From Pseudomonadota bacterium (GTDB lineage: Bacteria; Bdellovibrionota_G; JALEGL01; DATDPG01): a stretch of DNA of 29,289 bases. Below are positions 17,651 to 26,576 of the stretch, piece by piece (position 1 is the stretch's first letter; every line of letters starts with the position of its first letter). The notes below the pieces were generated by a model. The model did not search any database. It was not told the origin of the DNA and was given only the letters and a program-made list of their open reading frames with translations. The position numbers were made by a program, and so were the translations under genes. The stretch covers positions 1 to 29,289 of the forward strand of contig JAZDIZ010000015.1 in NCBI GenBank assembly GCA_043804515.1, read 5' to 3'.

Positions 17651-17810
17651 CGGAACCTCTCTTGGCAAAGGCCCAAAGTTGCTTGGAAAGTTCCCACGTC
17701 TGCGCGAAACGCTCGCCCGCGGTCAGGCCGGCCCAAAAGGCCAGGTCAAAGGAGGCGTCGGGATTCCGACCCCGAAAAACACGGGCCACGATCTTGCGCT
17801 GACGCGGCAT
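17598..17810 (-). CDS. Small (70 aa) partner protein upstream of the nucleotidyltransferase, putative antitoxin-like
   Basis: 'DLAFWAGLTAGERFAQTWELS' resembles the D..FW...T..ER....W.L pattern of small proteins preceding such NTases; overlaps the NTase start. Confidence 0.7.
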   Translation of the reverse strand: MPRQRKIVARVFRGRNPDASFDLAFWAGLTAGERFAQTWELSKQLWAFAKRGSGEPGLPRRISSVIRNKR

Positions 17811-18029
17811 TGAGGGAAAATCATAACATTCTTGGCGGGTAAGATCCCCGTTTTCTGAAACACGAACCTCGAAAGGCCCGCCTCGCCCGCAAATAGGTAA
17901 GCTGTCCCTTTATTTCCTCCATTCAAACGGAAGCCACCCCTCTTCGTGGTCACGAACGCAGATACGGCGAGGTGCCGTATGTGCAACGGTCGATGGCGCG
18001 TTAAGGCGCTCTTACCAAGGGCTCCCGGC

Positions 18030-18085
18030 GGGGGGTTGGGGGTCCCCGCGGCGAAAACCTGCAGCCGTGGGGGTGCACAACCCGA
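18030..18085. repeat. GC-rich nested hairpin (REP-like) downstream of the CHAT gene
   Basis: CCCCGCGGC/GCCGTGGGG inner stem (18044-18072) inside a GGGTTG/CAACCC outer stem. Confidence 0.45.
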
Positions 18086-18135
18086 CGGCCCGAACACACG
18101 GACAGAACGGTCTTGGCGTGAGCGTTTGGAGACGT

Positions 18136-21100
18136 TCAGCGGTAATCGCCCGTAAGGAAGAACGCGGCCCAGAAGGAGGGATGGGGGTAGTAGTCTTTCA
18201 CTTTGAGCTGCGCCTCCCTCAGGCTCTCGGCCTTCGAGGCGCGGACGTAGTTCCGGTAGAAGTGCTTGATCAGGACGGCCGTCGAAACATCGTTCACCCG
18301 CCAAAGGCTCGAGAGAATCGAATGCGTGCCGGCGAACAAGAAGGCCCGGTTCAAACCGATGAGTTCGTCCCCTCCCTCGATCTTGGCCAAACCCGTCTGG
18401 CAGGCGGAAAGCGTCACCAGATCCGCATTCAGCTTCAGGCCGAAGATCTCCTCGGCGGAGAGGTTCCCTGAGCCTGTCTTGGACGCGGCCAGAAGGATCG
18501 CCGAGAAAAGCGGGTTGATCGGGTCGAACTCGCCGTGCGAGGCGAGATGGATCACGTTGAATTCCTCGGCGTGCGCCTCGATCCATTGCTTCGTGGCTTT
18601 CTTCCCCGTCAGCGTTTCGATCCGGGGGAAGTCCCACGCGATCGCTGCAACCTCCTTCTCCGCGAACGGAAGCGCCATGGCCGGATTCCCAAGATCCGGA
18701 TTCCCGACGGCCAAGACGCGTACCGTGGAGCGATCGATCGTCCGGCCCGTGAGCGTGTATCTCAAAACGCTGGCGCTGGGCGTGAAAGCGAGGTTGTAAC
18801 GGTCCGCGACGTAGCGCGTCCCGTTGAACAGGGACGAAAAGGGCAAGTAGTGGAGCGGGCCGTGCGGGGAGATATCGACGAAACGTTTCCCCTCGAGCTT
18901 CGGCTCCACCGGCGCCCAAAGAAGCGCGTTCAGCTCCTGCGATTGCTTCACGAGCGGGGCCTGGCTCTGCATGAGCTTGGAGTACGCGACGATCTTCCTT
19001 TCGAGGAGGTTCCGCGGCGTCGGCACGCGCACGAGGTTGATCGCGCGATCCGTGATCACCCACGCGAGAATCTCCCGCGCCGTGAGAAAATATTCCACGA
19101 AGGCCGTGTCGCTTCCGATGAGCTTTCTCAGATCGGCCAGAGAGATGACATCCACCGAAACGAAGGACGAGAGTTCCGGCCGTTTTGCCCGGATCTCGAT
19201 CATGAGGTCCGTCCGCGTCCGGCGTGCCCCGTCCAGATCCGCCAATACCTGCTTCCGCTCCTCGTCGGTCTTCGCACCTGCCAGGCGGTTTTCCAGCTCC
19301 TCGATTTTTCGAAGGCTGTTCCGTTCCCGGGCCAGAAGCTGCCGGTCGGCGGGTTCGGAGGGCTCGATCCTGCGGTTTCCAAGGAGGTCGATGAAGCTCC
19401 GGGCCCGGGCGCGCTCCGCGTAACTCCACGCTTCGGCCACGCCGTTCGATCCTCCCTTAAGAAGGAGGAGAATCATGTCCTCATAGAGGCCCATTTTGTT
19501 GGATATGAACCCGCTTCGAAATTCCTCGATCTTGATCGAAGCGCTCATCGCCTCCACGATCTCGATCGCCTCTTTGAGGTACACGTTGGCGCCGGCGTCG
19601 TTTTTCCGTCCGCTCGTGACCTTCGCGAGACCCCACAGGGAGCGCCACTCCACTTCCTTCAGGTTCGAATCACGCGCCAGCTCCAATGCGCGTTTGAGCG
19701 TGGGATATGCCGTGTCCCACTTGCGCATGTCCACATACAGATCGCCCAGGCTCTGGAGGGCCTTGGCTTCGTTGGTTTTGTCCCCGATCGTGCCGGAAAG
19801 CCGGGCCGCCTCGGCCAGATGTCTTTCGGCATCCGTATAGCGCCTCAGGCGCGTCTCGGTGATGCCGATGTTCCTTGAATCGTACGCTATCCCCCACGTG
19901 GTCTTGAGGTCCGTGTCCACGGCCAACGCCTTGCCGAAAAACTCGAGCGCCTTCGGAAAATCCCCTCGCTCCCGGTACACGAGGCCGGTGTTATTGTATG
20001 CGGACGCCTCGTCGATCGGGGAGTGGAGCTTTTGAGCCAATTCCAACGCTTGCGCCTGTTCCCGAACGGCCTTGTCGTTCTCGTTGAGCGTCCAGAAGAT
20101 CAGTCCGGCCGTGGATCGGCACAGGAGGCGCATCCGGTCGTCTTTGGCTTGGTCGGCGAGGGAAAGGGATTTGGACTGCCACCGGAACGCCTCGAAGTAG
20201 TTCCCCTCGAACCAGAACGTGTTGGCCGTATAAAGGGCGGCTTTGGAGGCCAGCGAAAAATTCTTGGAAGCCTTGGCTCGGGCGAAAACCTCTTGATACG
20301 TGGAGCGCGCCCGGTCGAACGCTCCCCTTCGTTCCTCCAAGAGGCCGAGTTCCAGGAGCGCCTCATCCCGCGCCGTCAATGCGTGCGCGTGTTCGAATGC
20401 CTTTACCGCCTTCTCGAAGGCGTCCCGGGCCTTGGCGTAGTCGTTGAGCCGCAGATAGTAGATCCGGCCGATTCTGCGCCACTGGTCTCCCACACTTTCG
20501 GAGGAACCCTCCTTAGTCCACATCTCCAAGGAGCGGTCGAACTGCGCCAAAGCCTCGCCGTAGCGCTTGGCGTTCTCCAGAACGATTCCGAGCGTGGAGA
20601 GATTCTCCGCCGCCTTCTTGGGAAGCCCCTCCGTTTCGTATAGGGACGTGGCCTGCGAAAGTTCGGCCACCGCCGGCCCGAACTTCTCCTGCCGGGAGTG
20701 GAGAATTCCGAGGAATTCAAGGCTGTCGGCCAACTTGGGACTTTTCGCCGAGCGGCGGAGTTCCACCAGCTGTGAAGCCAGCGAGACGGCTCTATCCAGG
20801 TCGTTACCGCGGTATGCCGCCGTGCCGGCCGCATCCAGGATTTCCTCACGCATTTGGGGACGGTCGGCGGCGGCCAGGATGGAAAGCGCCTCCTCGAATT
20901 TCCGAACCGAGGGATTCCACTCCTGGGCGCGGTACATCTGTGCGGCTTGGGCTACCACTTCTTCTAGCATGGAGGATGCGCGCTCGGTTTTCTCCGCCGC
21001 CTTCAGACCCAGCGCTCCGAAAAGACCGAAGCCTTCCGCCCGAGCCGCATCTGCCAACCGAACGCCTCCGGAGGCCGCAAGAAGCCTGCTCGCTTGGGCC

Positions 21101-24100
21101 GCAGTGGTGGACGGCACGAGGATCGCGGAGATTCCGAACCGGGAAAGATAGTCGGCCAGAAAAGCAAATTCCGTCGCGCCGGCGCCGGGGGAAGTCGGAA
21201 AAAGAAGAACCGACGCCCCGCTTTCGGCCAAAAGAGCGATCGGGATTTCGCGCTCGAAAAGGCCCGCGTCCGGAGAACCCAGGACCCAACGCAGCGCCAG
21301 GGGATCCAGGCCTCCCGACGGAACCTCCGAGGCGAAGCCGGATGGAGCGACGGCCCAATCGGCCAGACCGGCCTTCTTTTCGAGCTCCGTCCGGCGGCCG
21401 TACCGGACGGCTTCATGCGGGGGAGTCGGATTTGCGGCCTGGTCCGAAGGCCAGAAGACGCGCCTCTCGAAAATGGATTGGGAATTCAGGGCGAAGAACA
21501 AATGCGAGGCTCCGGCCACGATCGTGCAGGATTCGGTCGCCGTGCACGGTCCGGCACCGGCCCAATACGTGTCGCCGTCAAACGGTCCCGGCGGCGTGTC
21601 GGATAAAGACAAGCCGTCGGTTTTCACGGCGAGATACCCGCGTCCGTGAATAGTGAGGAACGGAACCACCAGCCGGCGGCGCGGCCCCAGGACCTCCATG
21701 AGTTCGGCGGCGTCGATCGGGTTCAACCGGAACAGCGACGCCAGATCTCTGCCCGTCCCCGATTCCAGAATATTAAGGGCGTCCAGAAAAGCCTTCGGGT
21801 CCGAAGCTCCGCGCAAGGCGCGAAGGGCCTCGGCTTCAGCCGGCGTTCTTCCCTTCGAAGGAAGAGGAGGGCGAGCCAGTTCCAGGTGAATCCGCTGGCG
21901 CCATTCCAGCGTCGAATAGACCGCTTCGGCCTGATGCGCGGAGAACGCCAGATCCAGCCAGGCGTCCAGAACGGAAAGAAGTTCCGGGAGCGCGGGGACG
22001 AGATCCCGCGCCTTCTGGTCACGGGCGCATGCCAGGATGGGCGCAAGGGCCGATGAGGCGGTATCGAATGCGGCCGGTAAGGCTTCCCACCAACCGAGGA
22101 GGCGGGCGCGGAGGCTCAGGTCCGCACGCCCCAGCTTTTCGGCCTCCGCTCGTAAAGAATCGGCCGTCGTGATTCGGCTCGAACGAACGGCCCGGCGGGA
22201 AGTCCAACGGAAATGCACGAGGTCCATCTCAAGAAGCCGGACACGGTCCTCTTGTGTGATTCCCTCTTGGGACGAAAGTGCCGTTGAGGCCTCACGGATG
22301 TCCCGGAGCGTAGAAGAAAGCAGCTCCGGAGACTGGATCGAAAAATTCCGTGTGGTGAGCGTCGCCGAAGCCAGCGCGGCGGCGAGGAACTCCGCCTTTT
22401 CGAGGGCCAAGTTCGACAGGAGCCGGGCGGTTTCGGGTCCCCCGCTCTTTTTTACGAGAAGGACGGTTTCGTCGATCTCCCGCACCGCTCGATCGGGTTC
22501 CACAGCTTTGGGGGCGACGCGGCTCAGGCGGGCCAGCGAAAGCGTGTTGAGCGTGATCCCCGTCGCGTGTCCGATCGATTTCGCGTCTTCCTTGGACGCT
22601 GCGAACTCGCGCGCGGCCTCCTCGAAACGGCGAAGCTCTGCCAGGACGACGCCCCGCTGATTTTCCAATATCGAGCGCTTGAGAATGTACGCGGGCTTCT
22701 GTTCCGCATTTACGGAGGACGGAGAAGGAAGAAGCGCCTTTTTCGCGTCCAGAGCGGCGAGAGCCGCCTCGGGATCGCGGCGTTCCCGGTCGATCCTCCC
22801 GAGAAACGTGTAGATAAGATCCGTTTCCGCCTTCGTGGAAAACCCCCGCGCGGCCTCCGAAGTATCCGCGGAAAGACTCACTTCCTTCTGGAAGTTGAGG
22901 AGCACTCCTGTTTTTCGGACCTTCGTCGTCTTGGCGCCGTGTTCCCCGAGAAGGGAAAGGCTTTCGGTGAGCGTGTCCCGGGCATCATCCAACCTCCGCT
23001 CGCGCTCCACGCCGGAGGAAGCCGGCGCGTCAAAAAGGTTGATCGCCATGTTCCGGAGGGCCTTGGCTTGGTTCGATGCGTCCCCCAGTTGGACGTTCAG
23101 CCGCGCGACCTCCCCGTACGTTCGGGCCGCCTCTTCGTGTCTTCCGGCGTCTTCCGACGCCAGGGCTTTCAGGTCCGTGATCTCCGCCCTGTGGGAGAGC
23201 GATTCCCTGGGCTTGAGCTTCGTCTTCCCTTCCAGGTCCGAAAGAAGTCCCAGCGCGGAATCAGCCAGGTCCGATGCCTCCTGCGGCCGGCCGACATGAA
23301 ACGCCGAGCGGGCGAAGCGCTCCAGGAAGACCAACTCCTGCTCCTTGGGATCGAAGAGAGCCGCGGACTTTTTCCGTTCGCCGTACGCTTCGTACGCCTT
23401 GCCGTTGTCTCCGAGCAGGAAGTATCCGTTGCCGATGTCCAGCGTCAGGTCGGCATAGTTTTGAAAATCCTCCTGGGGATCGGAAAGAGAGAGGGCGATC
23501 AGGTATTGATCCAACGCGCGTTCCACGTAGTCGGGTTGTTTGAGAAGCTCCTGACGCTTCTCAAAAACGAACCCCAGCGTTTGATGCGGAAACACGGCCT
23601 GCCCGTTCATCCGGATCGCCCGGTCCAGCTCGGGCTCGGCGAGATCGAAACCGTGAGAGGGGGGCTCGACATACGTGTAGGCCAGGCCCAGGGCGTAACG
23701 AGGAAGGTAGCGGTCGGGGTACTTCCGGATCTCCTCCTTATATAAGGAGACGGCGCCGAAAATTTCGCCGAGCGCCGCGTAGGCCGCTACAAGACCGCGG
23801 TGAGCCTGTGGGATATCGTAATCGAAGGCGATCAGGTCCCGAAACGTCCGGATCGCCAGCTTCGGATCGCCTCCGGAAAGCTCCGATCTTCCTTTGGCCG
23901 CGAGATTCCCCACGAGCCGTCGCCAGGCTTGGACGCGGAGCGGGTCGAATGCCCCGAACTCCAGGTCCGCTTCGCGGAACAGGCGGAACGCCTCCTCGTA
24001 ATCCCCGCGCTCGGTCAAGATCCTGGCCAAAGAAAGCTTTGCCCGCGCGGCCTCGCGTTTCTCGCCGGGGAACTGGGCGATGACTGAACGATAGAACGAG

Positions 24101-26025
24101 ACGGCGGAGGTCGCGTTCTTCCGATCCGAAGCGCGATCCCCGAGCATGTTGACCGCCAGGGCAGGAACGATCGGGACGTTTGTATAATCCGCAGCCGCTT
24201 GGCGCAGCAGAGAGTCTTGCGTTGCCGTGTCGGCGTCCTTGATCTTGAGGCTCAAAAGGTTCCAAGCTGCCGTCTCCGACCAGGGAATCTGGCGGGGATA
24301 CCTCTTGACGAGATCCAACCAGACCGCGATCAGCTTCCGGGAATCCCCGAACTTGCGGTACAGCTCCGCCTTTTCCAACAGCGCTTGAGCCGCGCACGCC
24401 TCCTCGGAGGGAAAGAGCATCACGGTCTGGTCGAAGGACGCCACGGCCTTGGCTTCATCCGGGATCTTGAGCCACGTGCGCGCTTCTTGAAGCCTTGCGC
24501 GAGCCCCCGCCGGCGCCAAGTCTACGGCCCGCGAGGCGTTGGAGATCATGCGGAGACGATGCGACGCTTTCTCGATTGCGGCCCTCCGCGCTTCGCGGGA
24601 CAAAGCGCCTGCAAGCGTGTCTTCCAGGTTGAGCCGGAGGGTTTCCACTTCGGCCAGCGCCTTCCAAACGGGTCTGCCGGCTTTGACGGCGCGGGCGTAT
24701 GCGTCGCGAGCGCGGGCCGGGTCGCCAAGCGCCTCAAGGGTCAGACCGAGGCGGTACATGGCCTGAGCGCACAAGTCCCCGCCGGATTCCTTCCGGCATA
24801 CGGTCTCATAACCGAGCGCGGCCATCCGGGGATCGGAACCCTCCAACCCCCGGGAGGCGTCGAACGTGTCCTGTGTGCGGGTGAATGGGAACGGTTCGGA
24901 GCTTGTGCTGAAGAGGTTGGACGAACCTCGCCCGCCGCTCTCTGCGGAAGCGAAGAAGATCCTTCCCGCCGCTTCGGTCGGGAAAAGATCGTATCGATCG
25001 CCGGACGTGATCCGCCGGGTCTCTCCTCCGCGGCCCGGCTCGGTTCCGAAATCGAGGGCGAAGATAGATGGATTGTCCGAAAGCGTGATCGCTCCGTCTT
25101 TGTCCGTGTCGTCCGCGTATCGCGAGAAGTAAAGGCTCCGGCCATCGGACGACCAGGAGGGATGGGCATCGTACGGTCCCTCCGTCGCGCGCCGCGCCTC
25201 TTTGCCGTTCACGTCGGAAACCCGGATTTCGCCGCCGCCTTGGGCCCCGCCGGTCGGGACGACATAGGCAAGCCGCTTCCCGTCGGGAGATACCGCCGGC
25301 ATGGAACCGGGACCCGACGTGATCCGTTGCACGTTCTTGGGGTTCAGGGTTTCGAGGGCGTAAATGCGGGGACCTTCGGGATCCCCCCGTGTGAAATAGA
25401 TTTTGCCGCCGTCGGGTGCCCAGGACGGATCCGTTTCTTGGTATTTCTCGTCGGTGAGGCGCACCAATTCGCCCTGGCGTTCCAGATAGTCGGAGACGCG
25501 CTTTTGAAGGCTCGGACCGTTACCGGCCGGCTGGGAAAGAAGCCCGCCGAAACGCTCCGCAAGGCGTTTCCGGATCGCCTCGGGCACGCGCCCGGCAGCC
25601 CTGAGATTCAGAATGTACAGATCCCCGCGGCTGTCGGTTCGATACGAGACGAACGCCACCTGAAGGCCGTTGGGGGAGACCGCGGGGGAGGTGTCGCGGG
25701 CGGTCTGAAACGTCAGGGGATAGTCTCCGACGTCGCCGCTTCCGGGAAGGAAGCGCAGAAATAGGTCGGGGTTTCCGTGCCGGTCGGAGACATAGACGAC
25801 GGCTTTTCCGTCCGGGAAGACGGAAGGGGCGTAATCGTTCGATGTGGACGTCGTGATCCGCGAGGGACGCCGAACGTCGTCCGAGATTCTGTGAGGCCGG
25901 GCCGCCGTTCGAAGCGATCCGGGTTGGCCTGAAAGGCGGGAATCGGGCGGCATCCGGCCGCCGCAGCCGATGGACGCAAACCAAAAAACCGCGATTGCCG
26001 CGGCGGTTATTTCTTTGCGATCCAA
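18136..26025 (-). CDS. Giant predicted lipoprotein: TolB-like PD40 propeller + TPR + degenerate CHAT + TPR + CHAT caspase-like protease (2629 aa)
   Basis: TTG start with GAGG SD; hydrophobic N-terminus ending ASIGC (Cys21); PD40 repeats (PSVFPDGK, PAVSPNGL, PSWAPDGG, PAVSPDGK, PSWSSDGR); many TPR helices; CHAT motifs ERARARSF, PHGPLHYLPF, LPFAEKEV, IHLASHG (His2497), LVTLSACQTG (Cys2542), SLWRVND, HPSFWAAF. Confidence 0.93.
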   Translation of the reverse strand: MDRKEITAAAIAVFWFASIGCGGRMPPDSRLSGQPGSLRTAARPHRISDDVRRPSRITTSTSNDYAPSVFPDGKAVVYVSDRHGNPDLFLRFLPGSGDVGDYPLTFQTARDTSPAVSPNGLQVAFVSYRTDSRGDLYILNLRAAGRVPEAIRKRLAERFGGLLSQPAGNGPSLQKRVSDYLERQGELVRLTDEKYQETDPSWAPDGGKIYFTRGDPEGPRIYALETLNPKNVQRITSGPGSMPAVSPDGKRLAYVVPTGGAQGGGEIRVSDVNGKEARRATEGPYDAHPSWSSDGRSLYFSRYADDTDKDGAITLSDNPSIFALDFGTEPGRGGETRRITSGDRYDLFPTEAAGRIFFASAESGGRGSSNLFSTSSEPFPFTRTQDTFDASRGLEGSDPRMAALGYETVCRKESGGDLCAQAMYRLGLTLEALGDPARARDAYARAVKAGRPVWKALAEVETLRLNLEDTLAGALSREARRAAIEKASHRLRMISNASRAVDLAPAGARARLQEARTWLKIPDEAKAVASFDQTVMLFPSEEACAAQALLEKAELYRKFGDSRKLIAVWLDLVKRYPRQIPWSETAAWNLLSLKIKDADTATQDSLLRQAAADYTNVPIVPALAVNMLGDRASDRKNATSAVSFYRSVIAQFPGEKREAARAKLSLARILTERGDYEEAFRLFREADLEFGAFDPLRVQAWRRLVGNLAAKGRSELSGGDPKLAIRTFRDLIAFDYDIPQAHRGLVAAYAALGEIFGAVSLYKEEIRKYPDRYLPRYALGLAYTYVEPPSHGFDLAEPELDRAIRMNGQAVFPHQTLGFVFEKRQELLKQPDYVERALDQYLIALSLSDPQEDFQNYADLTLDIGNGYFLLGDNGKAYEAYGERKKSAALFDPKEQELVFLERFARSAFHVGRPQEASDLADSALGLLSDLEGKTKLKPRESLSHRAEITDLKALASEDAGRHEEAARTYGEVARLNVQLGDASNQAKALRNMAINLFDAPASSGVERERRLDDARDTLTESLSLLGEHGAKTTKVRKTGVLLNFQKEVSLSADTSEAARGFSTKAETDLIYTFLGRIDRERRDPEAALAALDAKKALLPSPSSVNAEQKPAYILKRSILENQRGVVLAELRRFEEAAREFAASKEDAKSIGHATGITLNTLSLARLSRVAPKAVEPDRAVREIDETVLLVKKSGGPETARLLSNLALEKAEFLAAALASATLTTRNFSIQSPELLSSTLRDIREASTALSSQEGITQEDRVRLLEMDLVHFRWTSRRAVRSSRITTADSLRAEAEKLGRADLSLRARLLGWWEALPAAFDTASSALAPILACARDQKARDLVPALPELLSVLDAWLDLAFSAHQAEAVYSTLEWRQRIHLELARPPLPSKGRTPAEAEALRALRGASDPKAFLDALNILESGTGRDLASLFRLNPIDAAELMEVLGPRRRLVVPFLTIHGRGYLAVKTDGLSLSDTPPGPFDGDTYWAGAGPCTATESCTIVAGASHLFFALNSQSIFERRVFWPSDQAANPTPPHEAVRYGRRTELEKKAGLADWAVAPSGFASEVPSGGLDPLALRWVLGSPDAGLFEREIPIALLAESGASVLLFPTSPGAGATEFAFLADYLSRFGISAILVPSTTAAQASRLLAASGGVRLADAARAEGFGLFGALGLKAAEKTERASSMLEEVVAQAAQMYRAQEWNPSVRKFEEALSILAAADRPQMREEILDAAGTAAYRGNDLDRAVSLASQLVELRRSAKSPKLADSLEFLGILHSRQEKFGPAVAELSQATSLYETEGLPKKAAENLSTLGIVLENAKRYGEALAQFDRSLEMWTKEGSSESVGDQWRRIGRIYYLRLNDYAKARDAFEKAVKAFEHAHALTARDEALLELGLLEERRGAFDRARSTYQEVFARAKASKNFSLASKAALYTANTFWFEGNYFEAFRWQSKSLSLADQAKDDRMRLLCRSTAGLIFWTLNENDKAVREQAQALELAQKLHSPIDEASAYNNTGLVYRERGDFPKALEFFGKALAVDTDLKTTWGIAYDSRNIGITETRLRRYTDAERHLAEAARLSGTIGDKTNEAKALQSLGDLYVDMRKWDTAYPTLKRALELARDSNLKEVEWRSLWGLAKVTSGRKNDAGANVYLKEAIEIVEAMSASIKIEEFRSGFISNKMGLYEDMILLLLKGGSNGVAEAWSYAERARARSFIDLLGNRRIEPSEPADRQLLARERNSLRKIEELENRLAGAKTDEERKQVLADLDGARRTRTDLMIEIRAKRPELSSFVSVDVISLADLRKLIGSDTAFVEYFLTAREILAWVITDRAINLVRVPTPRNLLERKIVAYSKLMQSQAPLVKQSQELNALLWAPVEPKLEGKRFVDISPHGPLHYLPFSSLFNGTRYVADRYNLAFTPSASVLRYTLTGRTIDRSTVRVLAVGNPDLGNPAMALPFAEKEVAAIAWDFPRIETLTGKKATKQWIEAHAEEFNVIHLASHGEFDPINPLFSAILLAASKTGSGNLSAEEIFGLKLNADLVTLSACQTGLAKIEGGDELIGLNRAFLFAGTHSILSSLWRVNDVSTAVLIKHFYRNYVRASKAESLREAQLKVKDYYPHPSFWAAFFLTGDYR

Positions 26026-26576
26026 CGACCGTCCTCAGCCTGGATCTTCTCGCCCGGCTTTGCGGCGTCCCGATTCATCTGAGCGAACACTTGCTGGAGT
26101 TTCGGAAGATCCCGGGCCGTCATGTTCTCGCTGGTTTCGATCACCCGCACGAGGATGACCAGCCGGTCGCCGTTTTCCTCCTTCGCGATCGAGCTCACGA
26201 ATTCGGAGTGCTTCTTGTCCCTCCCCGTTGCGGCGCACGGCGTGACGCTCAAGAGCCCTTCTTTGCCTTCCCCGACGCAACCCTCTTTCTTGAAAGCGTC
26301 TATGTCGTCGCGGTTGAACTCCCGCGACTGGGCCGCCCGGAGGGCCTTTTCCTTTCCGGGGGGAAGGTACGGAAGCGGCTTGATCCGTCCCTCTTTGTCC
26401 ACGCCACGGACGGACGCCAGCATCACCATGTCCTTCGAGAGCTCATCGTAGCTTCCCAGGATCTGCCGCTCGAGCAGGGTCTTCTCGTCCACGACCTCCA
26501 CGTTCACGCCCACGAGTGGGCCGTGGCAGGCCGCAAGAACCAGAAGCACAAAGACCGAGAAAAAGGTTTTCATCAT
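26007..26576 (-). CDS. DUF1318 (YdbL-like) domain lipoprotein
   Basis: Lipobox LAAC; C-terminal 'FKKEGCVGEGKEGLL...EENGDR...FA.......PGEKIQAEDGRW' matches the DUF1318/YdbL pattern; overlaps both neighbours. Confidence 0.82.
   Translation of the reverse strand: MMKTFFSVFVLLVLAACHGPLVGVNVEVVDEKTLLERQILGSYDELSKDMVMLASVRGVDKEGRIKPLPYLPPGKEKALRAAQSREFNRDDIDAFKKEGCVGEGKEGLLSVTPCAATGRDKKHSEFVSSIAKEENGDRLVILVRVIETSENMTARDLPKLQQVFAQMNRDAAKPGEKIQAEDGRWIAKK

Noticed and set aside
17723..19429. 568-aa minus-strand ORF
   Set aside because: Alternate-frame shadow of the CHAT gene; Arg/Gly/Pro-rich with no motifs, as expected in GC-rich DNA.
24199..25764. 521-aa plus-strand ORF (and similar ones at 18535-19878, 22567-23745, 10286-11404)
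   Set aside because: Antisense shadows of well-supported genes with no recognisable domains.
18136..26025. Craspase (type III-E Csx29) or gasdermin-associated defence protease
   Set aside because: No cas genes, CRISPR array or gasdermin-like ORF in the window; the protein has an export signal and envelope-gene neighbours.
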